A DNA stretch of 64,000 bases from Polymyxa betae A26-41 (lineage: Eukaryota; Protista; Endomyxa: Phytomyxea): assembly GCA_003693705.1 (NCBI GenBank), contig RBZT01000729.1, positions 62,001-126,000 of the forward strand, given 5' to 3'. Below, piece after piece: positions 1-11,627 of the stretch. A program made the translations under genes and the position numbers. Every line of letters starts with the position of its first letter. The first letter of the stretch is position 1. The notes under the pieces were generated by a model. That model had not been told where the DNA came from, ran no database searches, and worked only from the letters and a program-made list of their open reading frames with translations.

Positions 1-814
1 TCATCTGTTGAAGAACATTGATCGAACGAGACGCCCTCATGACGCGTCCTGGTATACAGTTCTGCAACAGGTCGCCAAATTCTTTCAAATGACACGAACG
101 AAGCTGCTTTCATACGCCGACGACGAGAATTCGTCAGCCGATAAGCAGCTGGACGATCTGAATGCGACAATACACGAGGAGCGGCAGCGCGAGCATGAAT
201 TAACAAAGTCGTTGATGAAGCAGAAATCGGAGCATGGCATCAAAATGGCACAATGCACAGCGAATATCGAGAAGCTACAACGAGAGATACAGAAAGCCAA
301 GTTAGCGTTGACCAACCGCTCGACGAGATTGGAAAACGAGACCAAGACCGCATTGAATGACCTGAATCAAGAGAAAGAGGGCGATCAACCGCGAGTAGTT
401 CAGGTTCAAGAAATTACAAAGAAGGCGGAAGCGTTGAAGGTTGAAGGTATGGAACGCGAGAATAAGCTGAGAAAAGAGATCAGGCGAGTCTATCTGGAGA
501 CCGACGATCATATCGCCAAGTATGACGAAGCCATGATCAAGATGACGGCCGAGATCGAATCGTTAACGGCAGCATATGAGACGGATATGGTGAAGGTGAA
601 GGAGATGCGGACTCTGGCCGAGGCGTTAATCAGGGAGCGAGAGACATATGAAGAACAGATTCGAGAAATGAAGAGGAAGATTGAAGAGGAAGAGCGATTG
701 CGGAATGACAGCGCTGTTAAGATTCAGAGCTTGTATAAAGGATGGAAGACACGCAAAGACCTCGCCAAAGCCAAATCCAAATCGAAAGGAAAAGGCAAAA
801 AGAAATCCAAATGA
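1..814 (+). CDS. IQ-motif coiled-coil flagellar protein, DRC10/IQCD-like (5' part outside window)
   Basis: Long coiled coil containing 'KLRKE..IAKYDEAM', C-terminal IQ motif (KIQSLYKGWKTRK) and Lys-rich tail, as in nexin-dynein regulatory complex IQ proteins; DRC9/IQCG not excluded. Confidence 0.6.
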   Translation, partial: HLLKNIDRTRRPHDASWYTVLQQVAKFFQMTRTKLLSYADDENSSADKQLDDLNATIHEERQREHELTKSLMKQKSEHGIKMAQCTANIEKLQREIQKAKLALTNRSTRLENETKTALNDLNQEKEGDQPRVVQVQEITKKAEALKVEGMERENKLRKEIRRVYLETDDHIAKYDEAMIKMTAEIESLTAAYETDMVKVKEMRTLAEALIRERETYEEQIREMKRKIEEEERLRNDSAVKIQSLYKGWKTRKDLAKAKSKSKGKGKKKSK

Positions 815-899
815 GACGTAGTTCGTTTGCTGCTAAAATTACAAATAAAACAACACTTTTCGAAACTTCATGAAGATCTGTACAAGATGATGACAAGAT

Positions 900-2807
900 T
901 TATTTCGTTGGGAAGGCAAACGGTTCCGGTCGCAACAGTTGAGCAGAGGTCAGTCTAAGCTGATCAACAGCTAGCGTCTGCTGTTGTGATATGATCCGGC
1001 TATACTTGCACACCATCTGGTCATACGACTGCTCAAGCAGCGACAATTGCCACATGCACGTTGAGAAGGGTTTCAGCTGATCGGGATCGATGTCGCCATC
1101 CGCACGCAGCATCGAGTTCGAACCGCAAGTTTCGTTATCGAGAAGACGGGAGCATGATGGATACCTGCCTAGAATCTGGTACATTGTATGAAGACATGCC
1201 TTCGATAGGGTGCCAGGTAAATTCATTGCAAGATCGGCTATCTTGAGGGAAAAAGCGGCGACGCGTTCAGCAGAAACTTCTCGTCTTTTGATAAACATTA
1301 AATCAAGAGCAACCAGCAACGTCCCGATCAGCTCGTGGTTTTCGATCCAGGCAAGGTGGTCCATTTCATTGTACAGTCGGGCATAGAACCCGCGGGCATC
1401 AATAACGACAGCAGAGCCCTGCGCATGCAACATTCGGAAAGCGGCCACAATGCAATTCAGGATGGATCGAAGCGGCAGGTCCGGAACCGACATCAACTGA
1501 TCCAGCGACGCTAACAGATCGAGCAGCAGTTCAACGTTGACCAGATGGGCGAATTTCGCAAGCCCTTCTAAAACGGGAGGAAGCACGATCGATGACGGCG
1601 ACGATCGCAAGACCGTGAAATAAATTCGAAAGACTTTCTCCAGCAGAACCCGCTGTGTACGATTCACTTTGGCGGCCGATGGGGCAGCTTCGGCGACCTG
1701 CAAATCGCGCTTCAGATCGGCATCAATCTGGGCGCCCGTCTTCGATTTCTGAACTGGAAGAGACTTATTCAGAGGAAGAGCAGAGAGAAGGCGAACCAGA
1801 GAAGGTTGGATTTGATGTCGGTCATCGACAATAATCTTGCAAATCAGCGATACGACGTCGACAGCATGGTCAGCATTCGCTGGCTTGCTGACGAGCTCCG
1901 TTAAAGTCTGCGAAACCAGGGATCGAATCTCTTCGGAAAAAGGGTGATTCGCTAATGGCACAAGCGATTTGATGATGAGCTTGCAGTGATTGAAATGCGA
2001 CAGATGCGACAGCAATTGACAAAGTCCTCGAATGCCAATGAATCCCATCGCCCAATGGTTACGGGACGACAGCGAGCTATCCGGCCGGCGCTGGGTACGT
2101 TTGGTAAGGCCGATTAGCTGCTCCAACAAGCGCAGATATCCATTCAATAAACTGGTCTCGTACTTTCTTGTAGCTTTGACTTGCTTGGTGAGTTGAACGT
2201 TCTCTTCTTGATGATGGCGAATGGGATAGGTCGGGCAAAGATCAACGAATAAGACGACTTGCGACAGCAACGCCAGCTGACGAATAGATTGATGATTACT
2301 GGTATTGGAGATTTTAGCAAGCTGATCCAGTGATGTCTTCAGTTCCGATTCAAGAGACGCCGTCGCTGCCGATGATATTTCGGCGATGCGATTACGAGCT
2401 TCGCACTCGCTCATAGCCTCATAACGGCAGCCTTCATCTTCTTCAGATTCCAGTTCGGCCTCTTGCTGCTTAGATTGCGGCTTCGTAGCCTGCTGACGAG
2501 CCTGATCGCGATCGGATTCCGTCATTCGGGACGGATGCAGACGACCAGACTGATCTTTGATTGGCAATCGCTGGGGAAGGGCATCGTCCGGCTGCGATTT
2601 CCGTTTCCTGGGTCGGTCTTCGTCTAAGAGCGCTGATGACAGGCTCTCAAGAAACGCCTGCTTGGACTTTCTTCCCCAGAACTTGGCATGGTCCTTGGCC
2701 TGGTCCTGATCGACATCGGAATCATGGGCGACAGCAACACCCTCACCCTTAGACGTCTTCTGTTTCTTTTTAAGACGATTATGACTGGGGCCTCTCCCCT
2801 TTGGCAT
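900..2807 (-). CDS. NOC3: Nucleolar complex protein 3 (NOC3, CBF/Mak21 domain)
   Basis: 635-aa intronless ORF; 'LPIK' N-terminal motif, 'VFxDLCPTYPIR', 'YETSLLNGY', 'HFNH', 'LEGLAKFAHLVNVE', 'ERVAAF' match the NOC3 family. Confidence 0.9.
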   Translation of the reverse strand: MPKGRGPSHNRLKKKQKTSKGEGVAVAHDSDVDQDQAKDHAKFWGRKSKQAFLESLSSALLDEDRPRKRKSQPDDALPQRLPIKDQSGRLHPSRMTESDRDQARQQATKPQSKQQEAELESEEDEGCRYEAMSECEARNRIAEISSAATASLESELKTSLDQLAKISNTSNHQSIRQLALLSQVVLFVDLCPTYPIRHHQEENVQLTKQVKATRKYETSLLNGYLRLLEQLIGLTKRTQRRPDSSLSSRNHWAMGFIGIRGLCQLLSHLSHFNHCKLIIKSLVPLANHPFSEEIRSLVSQTLTELVSKPANADHAVDVVSLICKIIVDDRHQIQPSLVRLLSALPLNKSLPVQKSKTGAQIDADLKRDLQVAEAAPSAAKVNRTQRVLLEKVFRIYFTVLRSSPSSIVLPPVLEGLAKFAHLVNVELLLDLLASLDQLMSVPDLPLRSILNCIVAAFRMLHAQGSAVVIDARGFYARLYNEMDHLAWIENHELIGTLLVALDLMFIKRREVSAERVAAFSLKIADLAMNLPGTLSKACLHTMYQILGRYPSCSRLLDNETCGSNSMLRADGDIDPDQLKPFSTCMWQLSLLEQSYDQMVCKYSRIISQQQTLAVDQLRLTSAQLLRPEPFAFPTK

Positions 2808-3104
2808 ATTTTCCGTCTAGAAAATGGGATCTTGTTCGTTACAGCCCAAAGAGGAATTTCGACAGCGCCGTGACCTTGTGCGCCCACGGATTATTTCATA
2901 AAATTGCGTCAAATTCGTCGGATTTGTAAAAGTTGCGGGACGCTTATTAGTGCGGCAAAATGCAGAGAAAAGCACGAAGCAAAAGAAAATCGACACAGTG
3001 ACAGAATTTGCGGCAGCGATTCTGATGAAAAATGCGCCCGCTATCGTTGGCTTCTCCTGTGATGTTGGTTTCCTCCCAATGAGCTGCTGGGGTTGGGCAG
3101 TTTG

Positions 3105-4220
3105 ATGAAGGCCTGGACCAGGCCGAATCGGCGACCAGCACCGAACTTGTCGGTACCATCGGCCAGGTATTGTAATCTGGTCGTGGCCCAGACCGCCGGT
3201 TTGCGCCTGGCTGCCGCCGACCGAGCTGTCTTGCTCCATGGGCGCTACCTACAGATGGATGTGATCGGTCAGGGAACATTTGGCAAAATTGTAGCCTGCA
3301 GAGATCTTCTATGGCCGAATCATCGAATGGTCGCTGTGAAGATGATTGAGGCGAAATACGATTACATCGGACGACAGGAACGATTTGTCTTATCGAATCT
3401 CGATATCCAATACATCTGCAAGCTTCGTGATGCTTTTCTGCATAAAGGGCGTTTTTGTCTCGTTTTCGACCTTCTTGGACCGCCATTATTGCATTCGCTC
3501 GCATTCGCTGCTCAGAATCTACATCGAATTCGAAAGATTGCTGTCCAGCTAATCGGTGCCTTACTTCATCTTCAAGATCGTCGTATTATTCATGCTGATG
3601 TAAGCGTCGTCCAATGTCTTATACGGCACCGCCGCTAAGATCTGATTCAGATCAAGCCCGATAATATTCTACTCGTCTCGAACGATCAGTCAGCGACATC
3701 ATCGAAAATTCAGCTCATCGATTTCGGCAATTCGCTGCGGTCGAATGAGACCAATGCTTATTGGGATGATTTCGATCTGCAGTCGCTGTATTATAGGGCG
3801 CCCGAGATCGTCTTCTCGTTCCATGAGTTTGGGTTCCCAATCGACATGTGGTCAGTTGGTTGTGTCCTTGGTGAGCTGTGCTGTAAACGAATCTTATTTC
3901 CAGCCGACAAAGAGCAAGATTTGCTGGCTTATTGGGACGACTTTCTCGGTCCTATCCCCGACAGGTTGTTTCCGATATCGGGCAGGTCGAAACCGTTCAT
4001 TCGGCAGCGGGCGCCTAACAGCAGGCCGCCCGAGCCGCTTTCGGCACGATGGTCACGAATTTCTGCCCGATTGCAATGTCGCGATGTTCCCTTTGTGACG
4101 TTTATTTCATCGTTATTGGAGTATGATCCAGCACGTCGATTAACGCCTCTGCAAGCTCTGCAACACGTCTTCTTAGAGTCGTTATTCCCCTGCCGACCCG
4201 TCATCGATCTCCATCGATAG
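3105..4220 (+). CDS. CMGC Ser/Thr kinase, DYRK-like
   Basis: GQGTFG, VAVK, HAD|IKPDN joined across intron 3600-3650, DFGN, LQSLYYRAPE, DMWSVGC; start codon uncertain. Confidence 0.85.
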
Positions 4221-4258
4221 TTTAATCATATTATATAATAATCAATGCTTGTTGTCGT

Positions 4259-4759
4259 TTACGGCAGTTCGACACGACGAGCGGCGGCGAACGGGTCGTC
4301 GACAATGGTTAGGCACGCCTCCCTCCTCGTCCAATTTTGGATCTCGTTGCTAACGTATTTGGCATCAGCAGCGATAAACACGCAGCTATGCCCGATTAAG
4401 AAAGTTAACAGGAGACGCTTAGCTGGCGAGTAACGAACGCGCCACCATTGCCGTATTAGTTGCAGCGTTCTTCGAAGGATAAAAATCGAGTAAAGAATAT
4501 GAATTAAGAGGCGGATCGGATGTCTGGGCAGACGTCGCTGACGTATCAAAGACCAAATCGTCGCTGGCCGAATATCGATTTGGTAAGCGTAGCGGCAGAG
4601 CTCACAGTAATCACGACCGCTGATTGCCAACCATGTGGAAAGACACAGGGCGTGTTGACCGCCCTGAGTTCCCTTGCAGCGACATGGAAACAGGATGGGT
4701 GAGGGTCGGCCAGACGGCTCCTGGATAACTCCTGACAGACAGATACGGCAGATAGCCAT
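4259..4759 (-). CDS. RING-CH (MARCH-type) membrane E3 ubiquitin ligase
   Basis: CRIC...PCRCKG....H..CL..W.......CELC RING-variant followed by two hydrophobic segments; alternative start 4840. Confidence 0.85.
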   Translation of the reverse strand: MAICRICLSGVIQEPSGRPSPILFPCRCKGTQGGQHALCLSTWLAISGRDYCELCRYAYQIDIRPATIWSLIRQRRLPRHPIRLLIHILYSIFILRRTLQLIRQWWRVRYSPAKRLLLTFLIGHSCVFIAADAKYVSNEIQNWTRREACLTIVDDPFAAARRVELP

Positions 4760-5034
4760 GATGAGCTGATTTCTGTGACGAAACCCTGAAACGGACTGAT
4801 CTGGGTTGTGAGAAAGTCGAGCGGCCGGGCTCTTGCCCACATATGCTTATGGCTTGAATTCATTACAAGGATTGACTTGTCCGATTGGGTATTTATTAGG
4901 ATCACGCCGTGGCCATCTCGTCATCGACAGAGATGATCACGTCAGGCTTGGTGTCGGTCGGGCTCAGGCTGAATTGCTGGCACAAACTGGCTAAAGCCAG
5001 CAGCGCCGAAGAAAGCCAAAACATTGTCACATTG

Positions 5035-6282
5035 TCAAACCTCTCCATCTAATGTCGAAAACTCAGTCAGATGCGCGGCCATGTTAAACATCCATCGACT
5101 TACATATAGTAATGCTGCAATCTGCACCAACGCGACCGGGCACTTGAGTAAGGCCAGAATGGTGGTACGGCGAGCCTCAGGCACAAAACTGCAGCGAAGC
5201 GTGGCCTGGCTGGGCCAGTACAGCCCAACACAGGATTGGAACACGAACAGGGCACCGACTCGGATCCAAGAATGTGAAAAGTAGGCTGCAATAGCTAGGG
5301 CGGCGGCGCCAACGACGCTAATATATGTGGCGACCTTGCCCATCGCTATGCGACCATCAGCGATATGGGCGAATGCCACGCTGCCGATCACAGTGCAGAA
5401 GATGAAGTAGTTGGCGACACACGTCCGGGTCATCGGCTGCAGACCAAGCGAGGTCGGCCAGGTCAAGGCGACGAGAACGATGGCCGATTCGATGAGCGTT
5501 TGAGAGACGGCCAGCGCCCTCAAACGACGGTCGGAGACGATCTCCTTGAATGCAGTTGGCAGCTGCCATCCGGCATTCTTATCACCGTAATTCTCAGGGC
5601 AGCAGGCTGAGATGACAATCAGGCCAGTGCCGATCACGAGACCGGAGATATACACGGGGCCAACCCGGCCGAACAGATCTCCGGCGTAGAATCCCACCAG
5701 CTGCGCCAGTACCAAGGTCAGACCGGCCCAGGTCGTACACGCCGAGAACGACAGTGATAGAAGGTCGATGTGGAATCCGGACTGGCGATGTTGCCGCACG
5801 AGCCAGGACTCGAATACGGATCCGAGTAGGGCGCCTGATAGACCTGCAAACACCCGGCTGGCGACAAGACTCGACATGGAGGCGTCGGTCGCCAGCGTCG
5901 TCGCCACCAGATACAAAATGCCAAAGATCTGCATCCCTTTACGTCGGCCGTACGTGTCGGCGTACGACGCTAAGGCGAGGCCTGGAATGGCGGCGGCGAC
6001 TAACGTAACGATCGAGAACGTTCGAATTTCCTCGGCGCCGTAGCCATACGACGAATACAGCGCTTGAAGCGAGGTGACCTGAAGTGCATCACCGGTGGCG
6101 ACCAGCAGATAGACAATCAAATAGAGCTTATCAAGCTGATCATGAAGTGAGTTGGAATGATGACGGATTGGAGCCCATCCTGGGTCCTTGATTGAATGTT
6201 TCTGCTGCCAGATAATGAGGCCGGCAGCGGCCATAGCCAGGCCGGCGAACTCGAACAGCAAAACGACCTGTTCCGAAGCCAT
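5035..6282 (-). CDS. MFS transporter, MFSD5/molybdate-anion-transporter-like
   Basis: 'YLIVYLLVATGDALQ..LYSSYG', 'ADTYGRRKG', 'SVFESWLVRQH', 'ENYGD', 'GLYWPS..LR...VPE..R' are typical of MFSD5; first ATG at 6282 (the ORF track starts at a GTG). Confidence 0.85.
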   Translation of the reverse strand: MASEQVVLLFEFAGLAMAAAGLIIWQQKHSIKDPGWAPIRHHSNSLHDQLDKLYLIVYLLVATGDALQVTSLQALYSSYGYGAEEIRTFSIVTLVAAAIPGLALASYADTYGRRKGMQIFGILYLVATTLATDASMSSLVASRVFAGLSGALLGSVFESWLVRQHRQSGFHIDLLSLSFSACTTWAGLTLVLAQLVGFYAGDLFGRVGPVYISGLVIGTGLIVISACCPENYGDKNAGWQLPTAFKEIVSDRRLRALAVSQTLIESAIVLVALTWPTSLGLQPMTRTCVANYFIFCTVIGSVAFAHIADGRIAMGKVATYISVVGAAALAIAAYFSHSWIRVGALFVFQSCVGLYWPSQATLRCSFVPEARRTTILALLKCPVALVQIAALLYVSRWMFNMAAHLTEFSTLDGEV

Positions 6283-6315
6283 CCACAATAACTGACTGCT
6301 GTCGTGCTGATCCAC

Positions 6316-8137
6316 TCATGGACGGATCTCAAACAAACTGACCGTGTGCAGCGTCTTTCGCTTGGGCTGCGACCGGGGGCCTGGCTCGATGGCGTCGACG
6401 GGCTCGGCGATAACAAGCCGGGTGGCGGATGGCGCCTCGAGTTGGAGCTGGGTGGCGGCCTCGGCCTGGGCCAGAATCGGCAGCCGATACTGATTCACGG
6501 CGCCCGGCAGCAGTTTCATCATGGCCTGTATGCAGCGCTGCGAATCGCGCCGGGCCAGTACGCCGAGGTCCATGCCGGAGCGCAGGCAGTGAAGGCGATG
6601 ACGAAGACGCCAGCGGGCTTCGTCGGCGTCGAGCTCGGCGGCGCCCCTGTCGTTGTCTGGCTCGAGCGCCAGCTGCTTGGCATCGGTCTGCATTTTGTCG
6701 AGATAGTACTGGCCCGCGTATGATATGGGGAAGTCGACGGCCTGGCACAGGCTGCGAATGGTCCGGGACGCGGTCGTCAGCTGCTGGTGCAGGGCGCCTC
6801 GTAGTCGCGCTTCGTGCAGACGACACGATGAGCGGCCCAGGAAGAGACGCCACGGGTCCGACCCGATACTCTCGAACAAGACGATCTCGACGAGAAGGTC
6901 TTCACGTAATAGGATCCACGCACAGACCTGACAATAAGGAGTCACCTAGACCGATATGAGACGGTGAGCGTTAAAGACCTCTTCCAGGAAGCGAATTGTT
7001 TTCGCATCGATGGCATCGGGAACCTCCGACTGCATAAACATTTGTATGAAACGGTCGCGTTCGTCACGATCGTCGATATGCAGCATCTCCCCGATACGCA
7101 ACAGCGACTCGAACATGGATCGTTGGTGATCACCGCCGCTCACAATCGCTGAACCACAGTCATGCTCGATCAAAGTACGACCTGGAGGCCAACAATTACC
7201 TCGATACCGATCTATATCATACTTCTTCAGCAGCACCATTTCGGGCGCCTTCTCCTGTCCTGGCTCCGGGTGAACCGACGACGTCTTGGGCGCCGGCCGC
7301 TGGATGTCCGGTAGCCGAATCACAGCTCGCTTAACGGCAGGCGTTTTCGGCTGCGGCTCTATCTGAGGCGGCCCTATCGCTGACACCTCGTCCACGATAA
7401 GCGTCGGCGCTGACGCCTCCACAACCGTCTTGGCTTCTTCGAGAGCGCTGTGGGGCACGACGATCTCGGCGATCTGTGTCGGCTGAAACTGGATCGTGAT
7501 CTGGCGGACGTGCTGACGCGCTGGATGCATCTGCAGGACGCGCCGGGTCTTTGTGAGAACCCGTCGCGTATTCTGTTTTGTATCGGAGCGGGATGTGGAA
7601 GGTGCTGAGACGTCGTCGGGAGCGATCCCGTCACGAACTTGCTGGATCTGATCGGGAGCCAGCAGGTTGGTCATCCAGCGCCATAACGATTTGCTGGGCT
7701 CGGTGCCTTTGCAATCGGCAATGAGAACGTCACAAGTGGCGTCGTTCATGGCGTGAAGGGCGTCGCGAATATCGTCGCGGAAGTCCTCGTTCTGTTGGAC
7801 GAACTCGTCGACGTCGCTAATCGACTCAGCTCTGGCAAACATGTTAGAACGGCGGATCGTCGAATGAGCGGGCTTTACGATGGAACTGGTTTCGTTGCCA
7901 GCAGATGTCGTTGGAATAGTTGATGCAAGGTCTGAGAGACAGGTGTGTGCAGCAGCTTGAGAGGCAGATCGACCTCTATAAACTGCTCACATAATTCCAG
8001 GCCGCTGCATATCAATTCATGATCTATAGAGAATGATGTATGGGCAGATCACAACAAGATCACAATTTACCTTCCCAAACCGGGAAGTGATTCATGTTGG
8101 GTAGAATAGGAACATCGTCGTCTATCGCCTGCTGCAT
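6316..8137 (-). CDS. Hypothetical multi-exon protein
   Basis: ATG 8137 (MQQAIDDD), introns near 8070-8025 and 7877-7832, and a 51-nt intron 6978-6928 joining ORFs 6946-7842 and 6316-6945; family not recognised. Confidence 0.6.
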
Positions 8138-8196
8138 GAATCGATAAACGTTGTTCTCAAAGCAGTACGACGGCAGATATTTCTCGGACAATGGGT

Positions 8197-8758
8197 TTAT
8201 TTAAACAGTGATCGACTATGGTACAATATCCAGAGGACAGAAAAGGCGGTGGTCGCTGATAGCAGATACCGCCTTCGACTAGTATCATCTTCCAGATCGT
8301 CCAGTTCCACGAAAGGTTGAGAGTCGCATGCAGACAGGTCGATTCCGATATCGGTTTTATCAGAAATAAATGTGGCGACTTCGGTGATATTGTCGTGGTT
8401 GCCTGTAAACGAAGCGATGACTTTGGATTCTTCAAAGATTAATATCGCAGGATATCCTCGAAGGAAGTACTGGCTCGTGAACGATGCGTGATGACTCCCA
8501 TCAACAGCGACAAAGCCGATATTGGAATCGTCAGCATAGCACGACGCCAGACGATGGAATGCAGGTCGGGCTTGGCGGCTGAACGGGCAAAACGTCGAGT
8601 ATATGAACGAGACGGCAAACAGACTGGGCGGCAAGATCGACCTTGGATCCGGGATCGGCACCATGCCAGAATCGAATATCTGCAGGCTGGACGCTGGCCC
8701 TGCCTCGCTATTGACGACGACTGCCAATACCGACGCCACTGTCATTAGAAGGATCATG
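8197..8758 (-). CDS. Thioredoxin-fold membrane protein, TXNDC15/APR-like
   Basis: Signal peptide, 'YSTFCPFS' single-Cys thioredoxin motif, 'GYPAILIF', C-terminal TM helix. Confidence 0.75.
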
Positions 8759-8869
8759 AGGATAAGAGATGTGAGAGAAGGTGGCCGCCCGACTGCCAAC
8801 CTGCTTCACAATCTGACAATGTTACCGAAGCCACCGCCCTATCTGAAGGCATAGTCCTCGTATCCGTCG

Positions 8870-9027
8870 TCGCAGTTTTCACTTATCACTTCGCAGTTTT
8901 ACATTTCTATCACATTTCTGTCGCAGTTTTCACATTTCTTTCGCAGCTTTCACATTTCTTTCGCAGTTTTCACATTTCTATCGCAGTTTTTACTCTTTTT
9001 TTCGCAGTTTTTACATTTTAATCGCAG
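8870..9027. repeat. ~20-bp minisatellite (TCGCAGTTTTCACATTTCTT), 8 copies
   Basis: TCGCAG at 8870, 8891, 8921, 8941, 8961, 8981, 9002, 9022. Confidence 0.95.
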
Positions 9028-9794
9028 CCGGGCATGTTTTAATCCCAAATTTGTCATAGCGATGGTTGAGCTGTCGAGGAAGAAGGTACAGGTCTTGATG
9101 TCCATGAGTGATTATCCGTATATTGGGCAAGTATTCGGGCGACCACAATATCGATGAGATTCAGAGACGTCGAAATCGTCAAGGCGTCGTAGTTGTCACG
9201 GCGCTTGTCGTATCGAATTACTGAATTTAAGCAAGTTACTGGAAACCTGCTGTTAAATACGACGAAATCGGGATACAAACTCTATGCGATTGGAGTTGTT
9301 CTTGGAAAATGAAACAGTTCGATTTAATCGACGTCAATCAGCTTTCCGCTGGAACCATCAGCTTGGACAACGACAGATGCCCTACATGTTCACACTGTGT
9401 GCGATGGGTTCAATGGAACTCTATTACTATTAGCATTCAGAAATGGCATAGTTATAGACTATATGGAGAACGTGGGCGGTTGTATAGTGATCTATTGATG
9501 AACTCTATTAATGATGCATGGGATGGATGTGCTAACCGCTGCCGTCATGCAACGAAGGAAACGATCACTTGTAATCACGACAATGTCACATTGAACCGTG
9601 TCTGAACTTGAACGTTCGCACCGATTTGAAAACCTGCCCGAAGAAATGTGGCACTGCATCCTGTAGTGTGATCGAACATATCAAGAGCCGCCTCAAAGCA
9701 ATCGTTGACCTCGGCGTTTCACAGACCCGGGTCGAATGAAGGCGGCATTCTCGCCAATCGAATTTCGTCGTGCTCGCAATCGAGCAAGAATATA

Positions 9795-10301
9795 ATGCTG
9801 TTCAACGATATCAAATTGTTGCTATTCAAAGACGGGAAGTCCTGCTTGAGAACATTAACGATTGTATCAGGGATGTTAATGGTCCTGGGTCTGTTCTTTA
9901 TCGCCTGTATCATCACCAATTCTTTACAAACAGACGAATCGCTGACCGCAACACCCAAGGAGTCGGAGCTGCCCAAAATCTCGCGACGGATTCTTTTTTC
10001 TCGAACTCGTTGGATATGCGATCTCAGCATCGCCAATTTCATCGTGATTCGCAAATCCCCGATTAACATTGCTGTCAAGTTCCCTGTCTTTGTCTGTGCT
10101 GCTCTTCTATCATGTGCAGCTCTCAACATTGCTGTTCATATCGCTCAGTTCGATCAACAATGTCTATCGCAAATATACAGCACTGTGCTCTGGGTATTTG
10201 ATTGGTATTGTACTCGCCGCACCCGATCTGTGCTCCAAGCCGAGGCCACCGACGCAAATCGAATCGGTCGTACCGTAATCCGGTCTCTTGGCGGGCTCTG
10301 A
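9795..10301 (+). CDS. Putative small membrane protein (hypothetical)
   Basis: ORF with 2-3 hydrophobic segments; no family recognised, may be spliced or degenerate. Confidence 0.3.
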   Translation: MLFNDIKLLLFKDGKSCLRTLTIVSGMLMVLGLFFIACIITNSLQTDESLTATPKESELPKISRRILFSRTRWICDLSIANFIVIRKSPINIAVKFPVFVCAALLSCAALNIAVHIAQFDQQCLSQIYSTVLWVFDWYCTRRTRSVLQAEATDANRIGRTVIRSLGGL

Positions 10302-10997
10302 TCTATCTTGTACTAAGAACGTTGCGATCGATGTTGATGTTGGTGTGTATGGTGAGATAGATATCTGTTATGGTTTAGACGGGTCTCAGTCTATCAGCGA
10401 TTTCCATAAAATCGTCTAAAAAACATCACGCTCCGATGATCGTGAAGGAACAATGCGAAGGCGTCGGACAGCGTCAATTGGCGACAAATGTCTTCGAAAG
10501 CGCCGGTCGATCAACGGAATCGAACAGCAGCAGACGATCGAATCGGATTCGACCAAGTTCGGAACCCGACCCGGTTCGTCACATTTGTGGATGGCGATCA
10601 GCATCGAGCAACTCGGCCGTTCTGCAAATGGAGACGACGAACAACATCTTTTATAAAACCTACCTGGAATTCATCTCGATCACAGTTCGACGCTTTCTCG
10701 GCGATCGCCCAGATCGCTCCATGAACAGCAATCGGGCATCGTTTCCTCCTGGATCGTTCTGGAACGTGGACAGCCGTGTGCTGCTGTGAACGATTGCTCC
10801 TATTTCGACCAACTGAACGATTCGCAGCATCACGCCTCTATGAAGTGCCCAATTCCAGAACCTCCTGCTCCAATATATCCAGTTCTGGTTATTTCTCGAC
10901 CTATTATATAACAGTATATAAGACGCCCTCTCACGATGGCTTTAACCCATTCCCATCCTCACCGATTCTTTCATTCCTCCAAATCGTCTCTATATTC

Positions 10998-11627
10998 ATG
11001 CAAGCCTCCATCTGCATCATCATCGCTGTATGCGTGCTGGGCCAGCATTACGCCGCCGCCGACCACGACGATCGCCAGGACGTGCTGCTCGAACGACTCA
11101 GCGACTTCTCGTCGATCGTCGACGGCTTCAACACGGGCTCGTCGGATCCGTTCCTGTTCGACGACGATTCGTCGCTGCGGTCGAACCGCGGCGGCGACCT
11201 GCTCCTGGCCGAGACCAGCGCCTTCGATCGATCCGAATGGATGATCCGGCAGATCACGATGATGGCGTCGAATCTGCCGCCGCTCAGCGACCGTCATCTG
11301 ACGATCGTCATGCAGACGATCGAGATCTTGATGATTCGCGTCGTCGAGACCATCACGGTTGTGCGGCCGCGGCCAGGACGGCGCCCGACCGCCCCGTTCC
11401 TGATCGCCGCCGAGAAGACGGAACGATCGGAATGGTTCGTGCAGATGATCTGGTTTCTGGCCACGAATCTGCCTGAGATCCGCCAGCAGCATGTTAATGT
11501 CGTGATGCAGACGATCGAGGTCTTGATGGTTCGTGTGATCGAGACCATCACGCTGGTTAAGACGGAACAGCAGCAGCGGAAGGGGATCGTCGTCCATCCA
11601 CCCGCTGTTCAGAAGTTCAGAATCTGA
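10998..11627 (+). CDS. Secreted protein with two tandem ~45-aa 'SEW' domains (candidate effector), paralog 1
   Basis: Signal peptide MQASICIIIAVCVLGQHYAAA, acidic linker, two internal repeats; strong coding bias; TATATAA at 10915. Confidence 0.8.
   Translation: MQASICIIIAVCVLGQHYAAADHDDRQDVLLERLSDFSSIVDGFNTGSSDPFLFDDDSSLRSNRGGDLLLAETSAFDRSEWMIRQITMMASNLPPLSDRHLTIVMQTIEILMIRVVETITVVRPRPGRRPTAPFLIAAEKTERSEWFVQMIWFLATNLPEIRQQHVNVVMQTIEVLMVRVIETITLVKTEQQQRKGIVVHPPAVQKFRI

Noticed and set aside
6928-6978. TAG readthrough between ORFs 6946-7842 and 6316-6945
   Set aside because: A canonical 51-nt GT-AG intron removes the stop in frame.
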